From: Vicinamibacterales bacterium
Lineage (GTDB): Bacteria > Acidobacteriota > Vicinamibacteria > Vicinamibacterales > UBA2999
Assembly: GCA_035764385.1 (NCBI GenBank)
Contig: DASTZI010000221.1
Location: forward strand, 482 to 64,481
Direction: 5' to 3'
DNA: 64,000 nucleotides
In this document: piece after piece, positions 36,957 through 44,771 of the stretch
How the letters are laid out: each line of letters opens with the position of its first letter
Numbering within the stretch: the stretch's first letter is position 1
The notes under the pieces: model-generated
Seen by the model: the letters and a program-made list of their open reading frames with translations, nothing else
Databases searched by the model: none
Told to the model about the DNA's origin: nothing
Made by a program: the position numbers and the translations under genes

Positions 36957-36991
36957 CACTAATCACCACCCACTAACCACTAACCACTAAC
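36957..36991. repeat. Heptad repeat cactaat caccacc cactaac cactaac cactaac in an intercistronic gap
   Basis: Read directly (3 perfect copies at 36971-36991). It contains the TAG stop (36987-36989) of the upstream epimerase gene. Confidence 0.85.
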
Positions 36992-37994
36992 TACGAACCG
37001 GATTCACGTCCCAGTTTCGAACAACTTCGTCGCGCAGCAATTGCTCGGGCGATACGTTCCGCGAGCGATACCAGTCGAGCAGCATCGCCAGACCCTGTTC
37101 CAACGGCACTTGCGGTTCATAACCGAGCAGGCTTCTCGCCTGCGACATGTCGGCATACAGCCGCAACACGTCGCCCGGGCGCGCCTCGTCGTGCACGACC
37201 TCCGCGGCGGGGCGTTCCGTGATTTCCGCGACCGTCCGCGCCAGGTCGTTGATCGACAGCTCAAATCCGCTGCCGAGATTCAGCGTCCGGCCAACGGCCT
37301 CGGCCGTGCTCCCCGCGAGAACAATCCCTCGCGCGGAATCGCTCACGTAGGTGAAGTCCCGCGTCTGCGTTCCATCGCCGAAGATCACCATTGGCCTGTC
37401 CGCCAGGCATCGCAGCATGAATTTCGGAATGACTTCGCCGCTGTCGCCCTCGTGATGGCACCGGGGGCCGTAGGTGTTGAACGGCCGGACCACGACGGTT
37501 GGAAATCCGTAGGTGCGGTGATAGGCGCGGGTGTACGCCTCCCCCGCCAGCTTCGACCCTCCGTAGACGGTGCTTGGAAACGTCGGGTGATCTTCGGTCA
37601 TCGGCACTCGCTGCGCGGTGCCGTAGACCTCGGAACTCGAGACGTACACGAATTTCGGTACGCCGGCCGCGCGGCTGGCTTCGAGCAGTTGCAACGTACC
37701 GGTCGCGTTGACATCGTGATTGTCGAGCGGCGAGTGGACCGAATGCCGGACACCGAGACAGGCGAGGTGATACACGACATCCGCCTCCCGCAGGATCGGC
37801 GCGTAGGCGCTGACGTCGCGGATGTCGTATTCGAGCAGCGTGATGCGACCATTCACACCGGCCAGATTCTCACGCTTGCCATTGACGAGATTGTCGATCA
37901 CGACCACCGGCGAACCCGCCGCGATGAGCTGTCGGACCAACTCGGATCCGATGAAGCCCGCACCGCCGGTGACAACCGTGCTCGTGCGGCTCAC
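36987..37994 (-). CDS. Extended-SDR NAD-dependent sugar-nucleotide epimerase/dehydratase
   Basis: Start at GTG 37994 (VSRTSTVVTGGAGFIGSELV), with a GTGA overlap onto the upstream stop. SSSEVYG and YGGSKLAGE form the catalytic triad region. Confidence 0.9.
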   Translation of the reverse strand: MSRTSTVVTGGAGFIGSELVRQLIAAGSPVVVIDNLVNGKRENLAGVNGRITLLEYDIRDVSAYAPILREADVVYHLACLGVRHSVHSPLDNHDVNATGTLQLLEASRAAGVPKFVYVSSSEVYGTAQRVPMTEDHPTFPSTVYGGSKLAGEAYTRAYHRTYGFPTVVVRPFNTYGPRCHHEGDSGEVIPKFMLRCLADRPMVIFGDGTQTRDFTYVSDSARGIVLAGSTAEAVGRTLNLGSGFELSINDLARTVAEITERPAAEVVHDEARPGDVLRLYADMSQARSLLGYEPQVPLEQGLAMLLDWYRSRNVSPEQLLRDEVVRNWDVNPVRS

Positions 37995-39217
37995 GCGGAG
38001 TGCTCGGGACGTGCAGGTTCGAGGATGTCGATTTGATCCAGCACCGCCAGATCCATCGGCGTGAAGCGCGCCGCGTCCATCGAGTTGTAAGCGTGCCGAG
38101 CCGCATACAGGTGCGGCGTCAGGAAATGGTCGTCCGCGTACACCGCCAGCGTGTCGGTCCCCAGCATCGGCGCGAGCCACGCGAGGCTCCCACACGTGCC
38201 CACGAAACGGGTCGCGCGTCGAATGATTTCCGTCTGGACCGCAAGATTGTTCTGGGGCGTCAACCAGCCGTCGAGCGTGATCAGGCCTGGCACATCCTTG
38301 AACACGTAGTCGGCGTGCTCGTCGAGCGAGAGATTCGTGTTCAGCGCAACAACGGGGTACCGGCGGCTGATCCGCTCGACAAGGTGGCGCAGCTGCTCCC
38401 GGTTCGCAGGCGTATCCATCAGGGCTCGTCCCGTGTAGAACTTCACGGCGACGAACGTGTCCGGAAGCCTCGGAAGATCGACCGCGGCGATCGCGGTTGC
38501 GCGCTCGTACTCCGTGTAGTCGAGGAGCGATTGCAGCGAGTCGTTGCCGAGCCAGAACTGTCGAAGCAACTGGAACATCGTTGACGGATGTAACACCGCG
38601 GAGGTGAGAATGCCGACGTGGGCGCGGGCGCGGCCGAGGATCTCCTCGTCGAAGTTCGAGGACGCGAGCTGCTTCTGATCGGCGTCACGCTGCCGCGCCT
38701 GGTTGCGCGACGCGAATGCCTCCGGGCTGAACAGGTCGAACTGTTCGACGTACCGTGAGGCAATGCCCGTGTACCACGTCGCCACGCCGCCTCGCGAAAC
38801 CGCGATCACGCGATCGGGATCCACGTCGTACTGGCGGATGAACCAGCGGAGAAACGGAACCCAGTACAGCGCCTCGTAGCCGACTTCAGACAGCCACGGA
38901 CCGACGATGATCGGACCGGGGCTCGTCGCGATCGACCGCAGGGTCCGGCGAACCGAGACGTCGCGCACGATGACAGGCCACGTGCGATGGCGCAGCCGAT
39001 CCCAGTAGCGGGACGTCCGCACCACGCCTGCGTACGCATGCTGCGCCGCATCGCGGCCCCGGTCGCTTCCGAGCTTCACCTGCGCGCGAGCGTGTTTGTG
39101 CGTCTCATGCAGATCCTTCTGCCGCCGCAGCGTCCAGTGGCGACCGCGCCTGTAAAGCTTGGCGGTCCGGTTCCAGACGACGCGGGCCAGGTTCTGCGCG
39201 GCGAGCGAAATACTCAT
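37991..39217 (-). CDS. Family A uncharacterised putative transferase, paralogue A1
   Basis: Start at MSISLAAQN (ATG 39217). Signatures IIVGPWLSEVGYEALYWVPFLRW, VSRGGVATWY, LHPSTMFQLL, FVAVKFY, LSLDEHADY, NLAVQTEIIRRATRFVGTCGSLAWLAPMLG. Confidence 0.85.
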   Translation of the reverse strand: MSISLAAQNLARVVWNRTAKLYRRGRHWTLRRQKDLHETHKHARAQVKLGSDRGRDAAQHAYAGVVRTSRYWDRLRHRTWPVIVRDVSVRRTLRSIATSPGPIIVGPWLSEVGYEALYWVPFLRWFIRQYDVDPDRVIAVSRGGVATWYTGIASRYVEQFDLFSPEAFASRNQARQRDADQKQLASSNFDEEILGRARAHVGILTSAVLHPSTMFQLLRQFWLGNDSLQSLLDYTEYERATAIAAVDLPRLPDTFVAVKFYTGRALMDTPANREQLRHLVERISRRYPVVALNTNLSLDEHADYVFKDVPGLITLDGWLTPQNNLAVQTEIIRRATRFVGTCGSLAWLAPMLGTDTLAVYADDHFLTPHLYAARHAYNSMDAARFTPMDLAVLDQIDILEPARPEHSA

Positions 39218-39234
39218 AGGGCCGTCGGTCGCCT

Positions 39235-39903
39235 TTACCGCTTTTCGTGACCCGCGCGCCAGCGGAGAAACGTCGCGGGGACGCCGGCGACGATGGAAAA
39301 GGCGGCGACATCGCGTGTGACGATCGCGCCCGCGCCGACGATGGCTCCCTGGCCGATCACGACGCCTGGAAGCACGACGGCATTCACGCCGATGTCCGCC
39401 CACGCCTCGATACGCGTGCTCTTGATCTCGAGATCGGTCTGAATGATCGGAATATCGTGGGGCTGTCCGATGTGTTGCGACCCGAGCGCCCGTGCCCCCG
39501 GTCCCCACCCGACGTACTCGCCAATGACGAGGTCGCGTGCGTCGAGATAACTTTGCGGACCGATCCACGCGTGATCACCGATGATGCATCGGCCTTCCGC
39601 ACGCCCCTGGATAAACGCTTGTTCACCGACGAACACGCCGTCGCCGATCTCGAATGTCTCGAAATGAGAAGCGATGGCGCCGCGGCCAATCCGAACACCG
39701 TGGCCAAACCGGCGCGACAGCGCGCGCCAGGCCGCGCGGCGCATACGGGCGGCATGGTCGTCCTCGCCGAGCGCGTGCACGGAGGCCAGCTGCAGGATCT
39801 CCTCACGCGACTTCGATCGACGCAGGTCTTCGGCAAACGCAATTTCATCTGGCGGATCGTGCTCAACGGGCCGTACTCCGTGAACGGCACGAACAAGCGT
39901 CAC
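39235..39903 (-). CDS. Left-handed beta-helix (hexapeptide-repeat) acyl/acetyltransferase
   Basis: Start at GTG 39903 (GTGA overlap). Hexapeptide repeats IGDGVFVGEQAFIQG, IGDHAWIGPQSYL, IGVNAVVLPGVVIGQGAIVGAGAIVTRDV. Confidence 0.85.
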   Translation of the reverse strand: MTLVRAVHGVRPVEHDPPDEIAFAEDLRRSKSREEILQLASVHALGEDDHAARMRRAAWRALSRRFGHGVRIGRGAIASHFETFEIGDGVFVGEQAFIQGRAEGRCIIGDHAWIGPQSYLDARDLVIGEYVGWGPGARALGSQHIGQPHDIPIIQTDLEIKSTRIEAWADIGVNAVVLPGVVIGQGAIVGAGAIVTRDVAAFSIVAGVPATFLRWRAGHEKR

Positions 39904-40997
39904 ACGCGGGCCTTCGACACGACTGCGGCGACGGTCTCCACCTGCCCTTGAGTCATCTCCGGGAAAATCGGCAGCGACAACACCTCGCGCGCCGCGGCCT
40001 CGGCGACCTGGAAATCGCCCGCGCAATACCCGAGGTCGGCGTGCGCCGGCTGGAGGTGAACGGGAATCGGATAGTGGATGCCGGTCTGGATGCCCTCTTT
40101 CGAGAGCGCCTCGCGCAGGGCGTCGCGGTCGTCGCTTCGAACGACGTAGACGTGGTAGACGTGCCGGCATCCCGGCCGCTCTTTCGGCACACGGACGCTG
40201 TCATGGTCCAGGACCTCGGTGTACCACCGCGCGACCTGACGGCGCTTTTCCGTCCACGCCTCGAGATGTCGAAGTTTCACCCGCAGCACCGCGCCCTGGA
40301 TGCCGTCCATCCGGTAGTTGAATCCCTTCAACCGGTGTTCGTACCGTTTCTCCTGTCCCCAGTCGCGGAGAATGCGGCATGTCGTCGCCAGGTCGCTTCG
40401 TGTCGTTGTAATCGCGCCTCCTTCTCCGTAGGCGCCAAGATTCTTCCCCGGGTAGAAGCTGAAGGTGGCGATGTCGGTCAACGATCCGCAGCGCCGGCCG
40501 TGATATTCGGAGCCATGCGCCTGCGCGGCATCTTCAATCACAACCAGGCCTCGCCGGCGCGCGATCTCCAGGATTGGCGTCATGTCCGCCGGCTGGCCGT
40601 AGAGGTGCACGGGCATGATGGCCCTGGTCTTCCCCGTAATGGCGGACTCGATCCTGGTCGCGTCAATCGCGAAGTAATCAGGCTCGATGTCGACCAAGAC
40701 CGGTGTCGCACCCGCATACCGGATCGCTGCGACGGTTGCGACGAAGGTGAACGGCGTGGTGATCACTTCGTCGCCCGGACCAATCCCCGCAGCGAGCAGT
40801 GCCAGGTGCAGCGCGCTGGTGCCCGAATTCACGCCCACACATTCCGATGCCTGGCAGTAGGTCGCGAACTCGCGTTCAAAGGCCGCGACTTCGTCTCCCA
40901 GAATGAACTGCGTGCTGTCGAGGACACGCAGAACCGCCGCATCGATTTCGTCCTTGATGCCGCGGTACTGCGCCTTCAAATCCAGGTATGGAATCAT
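39900..40997 (-). CDS. DegT-family aminotransferase (WbpE/WlbC-like)
   Basis: Start at MIPYLDLKAQY (ATG 40997). FILGDEVAAFEREFATY, GVNSGTSALHLAL, FSFYPGKNLGAYGEGG. Confidence 0.9.
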   Translation of the reverse strand: MIPYLDLKAQYRGIKDEIDAAVLRVLDSTQFILGDEVAAFEREFATYCQASECVGVNSGTSALHLALLAAGIGPGDEVITTPFTFVATVAAIRYAGATPVLVDIEPDYFAIDATRIESAITGKTRAIMPVHLYGQPADMTPILEIARRRGLVVIEDAAQAHGSEYHGRRCGSLTDIATFSFYPGKNLGAYGEGGAITTTRSDLATTCRILRDWGQEKRYEHRLKGFNYRMDGIQGAVLRVKLRHLEAWTEKRRQVARWYTEVLDHDSVRVPKERPGCRHVYHVYVVRSDDRDALREALSKEGIQTGIHYPIPVHLQPAHADLGYCAGDFQVAEAAAREVLSLPIFPEMTQGQVETVAAVVSKARV

Positions 40998-41016
40998 CGA
41001 CAACAGGGTCGAGCGT

Positions 41017-42045
41017 TCAGAGAACGGGCGATGTGAGGTCGAGCGGGACAAGGGCACCGTGATGGGTCATCGACTGCGTCGCGGCTTCAAGCAATCGCAC
41101 CACCCGCAGTCCGGCTTGCCCATCCGTCGTCGGCTTCTTCTGCTGATCGATGCACTCGATGAAATGCCTGGCTTCGGTCTGCAGCGCTTCCGCCAGTGGA
41201 ATCTGCGGCGCCCACATGTCGCCTGCACGATAGCCAACCAGCATCTCGTACACGTTTTCGGGACTCGGATTCACGGAGATGCCGCGGTCGTAGACCTTGA
41301 TCTTTTCGCTCGCCTCGAGGTCGTCGAAGACGATCATCCGGCGGCTGCCGCCGAGCAGCGTGCGCCGCACCTTCACCGGCGCAAGCCAGTTGACGTGCAC
41401 ATGCGCGATCAGGCGTCCGTCGAAGAACATCGTCATGTAGGCGATGTTCTCGGGTTGGCCGGCGACATGCGCGAGCCCGGTGGCCGAGACCGAGACCGGC
41501 GTCTGCGCCAGCACGTAATCCATGATCGAGAGGTCGTGAACGGCGAGGTCCCAGAGCACGTTCACGTCATGCTGAAACAAACCGAGATTGATGCGAACCG
41601 AATCGTAGTAATAAATTTCCCCGAGATCGCCGTTTTGCGTTAGCTCCCGAATCTTCCTCACGGCATTCGTGTAGACGAAGGTGTGATCCACCATCAGCAC
41701 GAGCCGGCGCTTGTCGGCTTCATCAATCAGCGCCAGCGACTGTTCCGAGGTCGCGGTCATCGGCTTCTCGACAAGGACGTGCTTGCCCGCGCGAAGCGCT
41801 GCCATCGCCAGCTCGAAATGTGAGGAGACAGGCGTCGCAATCGCCACCGCGTCGACACTCGCGTCACTGATCAGGTCGCGGTAATCGGTCGACACTTTTG
41901 CTGTCGGGTATCTCGCCGTCAGCTGTGCGAGCCGCTCGGGGCGCATGTCCGTGACGAACCCGACACGGGCACCGGGCGCCTCGGCGAAGTTGCGCACCAG
42001 GTTCGGTCCCCAGTACCCGTAACCAATCACGCCGATGGAAATCAC
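41017..42045 (-). CDS. Gfo/Idh/MocA-family sugar-nucleotide oxidoreductase (WbpB/WlbA-like)
   Basis: ISIGVIGYGYWGPNLVRNF (NAD fold), HVLVEKPM, and the position next to the aminotransferase and acetyltransferase. Confidence 0.85.
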   Translation of the reverse strand: MISIGVIGYGYWGPNLVRNFAEAPGARVGFVTDMRPERLAQLTARYPTAKVSTDYRDLISDASVDAVAIATPVSSHFELAMAALRAGKHVLVEKPMTATSEQSLALIDEADKRRLVLMVDHTFVYTNAVRKIRELTQNGDLGEIYYYDSVRINLGLFQHDVNVLWDLAVHDLSIMDYVLAQTPVSVSATGLAHVAGQPENIAYMTMFFDGRLIAHVHVNWLAPVKVRRTLLGGSRRMIVFDDLEASEKIKVYDRGISVNPSPENVYEMLVGYRAGDMWAPQIPLAEALQTEARHFIECIDQQKKPTTDGQAGLRVVRLLEAATQSMTHHGALVPLDLTSPVL

Positions 42046-42518
42046 CGCGTCTCCTGCGCCCGTCCGTGAAGGCGCGCGGGCACACCCGCCACGACGGCAT
42101 CGGCCGGGACATCGTGCGTGACCACGGCGCCGGCGCCGACCAGCGCCCGCTCACCAATCGTCACGCCGCACATGATCACGGCTCCGCTGCCGATGGACGC
42201 ACCTCGGCGCACGCGCGTCGGAACGACTTTCCAGTCCGCCTGCGTCTGCAGTACGCCCTCGTTGGTTGCGCGCGGATAGGGATCGTTGATGAACATCACG
42301 CCGTGACCGACGAAGACCTCGTCTTCAATGTCGACGCCTTCGCAGATGAAGGTGTGCGATGAAATCTTGCAGCGGGCGCCGATGGTCGCGTTTTTCTGAA
42401 TCTCGACGAACGCGCCGATCTTCGTCTCGTCGCCAACCTCACAGCCATACAGATTCACCAGATCTGGGTGGTGAATCACGACATTGCGACCAAGCCGGAC
42501 CGTTGGCGCGAGCGGCAT
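42042..42518 (-). CDS. Hexapeptide-repeat N-acetyltransferase (WbpD/WlbB-like)
   Basis: Start at MPLAPTVRLG (ATG 42518, ATGA overlap). VGDETKIGAFVEIQKNATIGARCKISSHTFICEGVDIEDEVFVGHGVMFIND, IGSGAVIMCGVTIGERALVGAGAVVTHDV. Confidence 0.85.
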   Translation of the reverse strand: MPLAPTVRLGRNVVIHHPDLVNLYGCEVGDETKIGAFVEIQKNATIGARCKISSHTFICEGVDIEDEVFVGHGVMFINDPYPRATNEGVLQTQADWKVVPTRVRRGASIGSGAVIMCGVTIGERALVGAGAVVTHDVPADAVVAGVPARLHGRAQETR

Positions 42519-43192
42519 CAGTTGCCGGTTCCGAGCTTTTCGAGGACGAGCACGCGGCCCTTGTTGCCCCAATCCATGCGCGCTTCGAGGTCGGGCCTGG
42601 ACCGGCAGCCTTCGAGCACGAACATCAGGCGCAGCATGTCCTTGTTGAGGAGCGTGATGTGCGTGGGGTCGACGTCAAACTGGGTTGTGAAGTCGAGCAG
42701 GTTCGACGGATTCGGGTGAAACCGCGTCGTGACGTAGATGAACCGCGAGGTCATGCGCACCATATTGGTGACCGTCTGCTTCACCTGCAGGACAGTCAGG
42801 TGCTCGAGCACCTCGCGACAGATCACAAGGTCGTAGGCGTTCGCAGGCTTGATCGTCGGATCGCCGACATAGCCGACGGTGATGCGATCGCGCACCTCGG
42901 ATGTCGCGAGCTGCCTGCTGCTGTCCGCGAAGTCGATGCCTTCGACGTTGACGCCCAGCTCCCAGAGCAGATGCATCAGCGCCCCGGGGCCGCATCCGAG
43001 GTCCAACACCTTCTCCGGCTGGAACACGTCCTTGATGAGAGACGGATTCTTGGCCTCGATCTGCCGCCGCGTCTCGAGGCTGTAGTTGTTCCCCTCGGCG
43101 CGCCAGTCGCCGGTGAAATATTCCGAATCGTAGTGGCCCGACTCGACCGGCTTCTGATCGAGGACCTGCTGCTCGAACTGTGTAATGTTCAT
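42518..43192 (-). CDS. Class I SAM-dependent methyltransferase
   Basis: Start at MNITQFEQQ (ATG 43192, ATGA overlap). VLDLGCGPGALMHLL (motif I), DLVICREVLEHL. Confidence 0.85.
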   Translation of the reverse strand: MNITQFEQQVLDQKPVESGHYDSEYFTGDWRAEGNNYSLETRRQIEAKNPSLIKDVFQPEKVLDLGCGPGALMHLLWELGVNVEGIDFADSSRQLATSEVRDRITVGYVGDPTIKPANAYDLVICREVLEHLTVLQVKQTVTNMVRMTSRFIYVTTRFHPNPSNLLDFTTQFDVDPTHITLLNKDMLRLMFVLEGCRSRPDLEARMDWGNKGRVLVLEKLGTGN

Positions 43193-43635
43193 CGCTGACT
43201 TAGCTGCTTGATCATGTCGTTGAGAATCCGGGTCGACGAATCGAATACGGTGTCGAGATACACGACGTCGATCCCCTGCTCGCGGCAGATCTTCACCTGC
43301 TCCGGCGGCAGCCGGCCCTCCCAGTCCTTCCCCTTGACGTAATACTTCGGCTGGAGCTCGCGCAGGATGGTCTCGGTGTCGAACTGGTTGATGTGTGTGT
43401 AACCGATGAACCGAATCGCATCCACGATCGCCGCGCGTTGATCCTCTGGCAGCAGCGGCGGATGCTTGGTCCACACGTACCGGTCGGATGCCACATTGCA
43501 CAGCAATGGAACATCGAGCTGTGCGGCGGCCGCGCGGAAGTACTCGATGTGGCCACGGTGCAGTGGATCGAATGCACCGTCCACCATCGCCACTTTCTTG
43601 CGGTACTCCTTCAGTTGGTCGAAGGTGAGAATCAC
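43189..43635 (-). CDS. HxGH nucleotidyltransferase (TagD / RfaE-domain-II-like cytidylyl/adenylyltransferase)
   Basis: 148 aa. VAMVDGAFDPLHRGHIEYF (HxGH motif), VASDRYV, YVKGKDW. Confidence 0.85.
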   Translation of the reverse strand: MILTFDQLKEYRKKVAMVDGAFDPLHRGHIEYFRAAAAQLDVPLLCNVASDRYVWTKHPPLLPEDQRAAIVDAIRFIGYTHINQFDTETILRELQPKYYVKGKDWEGRLPPEQVKICREQGIDVVYLDTVFDSSTRILNDMIKQLSQR

Positions 43636-44768
43636 GATTTGACGAGGAGACCTTTTTCCTGCAGTTCCTGCAGCGCCTTGTCGAAGAAATCAACCGCCAC
43701 GTCGGGCGTTGTTTTCGCCCACTCGATCAGCTCCGAGAACCCTTCTTCGAGCGAGATTTTCGGAGCGTATCCGAGCGTCTGGCGCGCGCGAGCAATGTCC
43801 GCGGTGTTGTGCCGGATGTCGAACTTGCGGCCCGTCTGCGTGACCTGCGCCTCGATCGACACGCCAAGAAGACGTGTGAGCAGTTTCGCGATATCGAGAA
43901 TGGTGATCGTCTCGCCCGAGCCGATGTTCACCGGCAGGTAGTCGGCGCCCGGTTGTTCGAGCATGAGCACGAGACAATCGACGACGTCGTGTATGGACAC
44001 GAAGTCGCGCAGCTGCCCCCCGTCCTCGAACACGATCGGTTGCTTGCCGTTGAGCAGGCGGCTCAACCAGATTGCGGCGACACCCGCGTACGGATTGCTC
44101 AGACTCTGACGCGGCCCGTAGACGTTGAAGAACCGCGGCGCAACCGATGGAATCCCGTACGTCTTTCCGATCAGCAGCACCATTTCTTCCTGGTGGTACT
44201 TCGTCATCGAGTAGATGTTGTCGCGGTAGAGCGCTTTGTCTTCGGGGGTCGGGATCGATCGCACGTGCGTCGAGCAGTAGGGGCAGTGCTGTTCCCAGTC
44301 GCGCAGCGCCAGCTGCTGCTCGGAACGGATGGTCGGTGCGACGACACCGTGCGTCGCACATTCGTACGCACCCTCGCCGTAGACGCCGATCGACGAGGCG
44401 ACGATCACCTTCTCGACGTGGTGCGCAGCGTTGACGAGGATGTCGAGCAGCACCGCCGTGCCGCGCGTGTTGACGTCGACGTACCGATCGACCTGGTACA
44501 TGCTCTGGCCGACGCTCACGGCCGCACCGAAGTGCACCACCGCCTGCGATCGCAGCACGAGCGGTTCGAACACGGCTCGATCGCGCACGTCGCCTTTCAC
44601 GTATTCCGCCTTCGCATTGGCGTAGGTCGGCCACGTGCCGGAACGATGGACCTGTGGCTCGAGGTTGTCGAGGACGGTCACGCGGTACTCACGCGCCACC
44701 AGCGCATCGACGAGATGTGAACCGATATAACCGGCGCCGCCGGTCACGAGAATGTCGCGAATCGCCAT
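43632..44768 (-). CDS. Extended-SDR sugar-nucleotide epimerase/dehydratase with Cys/His insertion
   Basis: ILVTGGAGYIGSHLV, ASSIGVYG, YSMTKYHQE. An insertion contains YECATHG...CPYCSTH (possible metal site). Confidence 0.9.
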   Translation of the reverse strand: MAIRDILVTGGAGYIGSHLVDALVAREYRVTVLDNLEPQVHRSGTWPTYANAKAEYVKGDVRDRAVFEPLVLRSQAVVHFGAAVSVGQSMYQVDRYVDVNTRGTAVLLDILVNAAHHVEKVIVASSIGVYGEGAYECATHGVVAPTIRSEQQLALRDWEQHCPYCSTHVRSIPTPEDKALYRDNIYSMTKYHQEEMVLLIGKTYGIPSVAPRFFNVYGPRQSLSNPYAGVAAIWLSRLLNGKQPIVFEDGGQLRDFVSIHDVVDCLVLMLEQPGADYLPVNIGSGETITILDIAKLLTRLLGVSIEAQVTQTGRKFDIRHNTADIARARQTLGYAPKISLEEGFSELIEWAKTTPDVAVDFFDKALQELQEKGLLVKS

Positions 44769-44771
44769 GTG

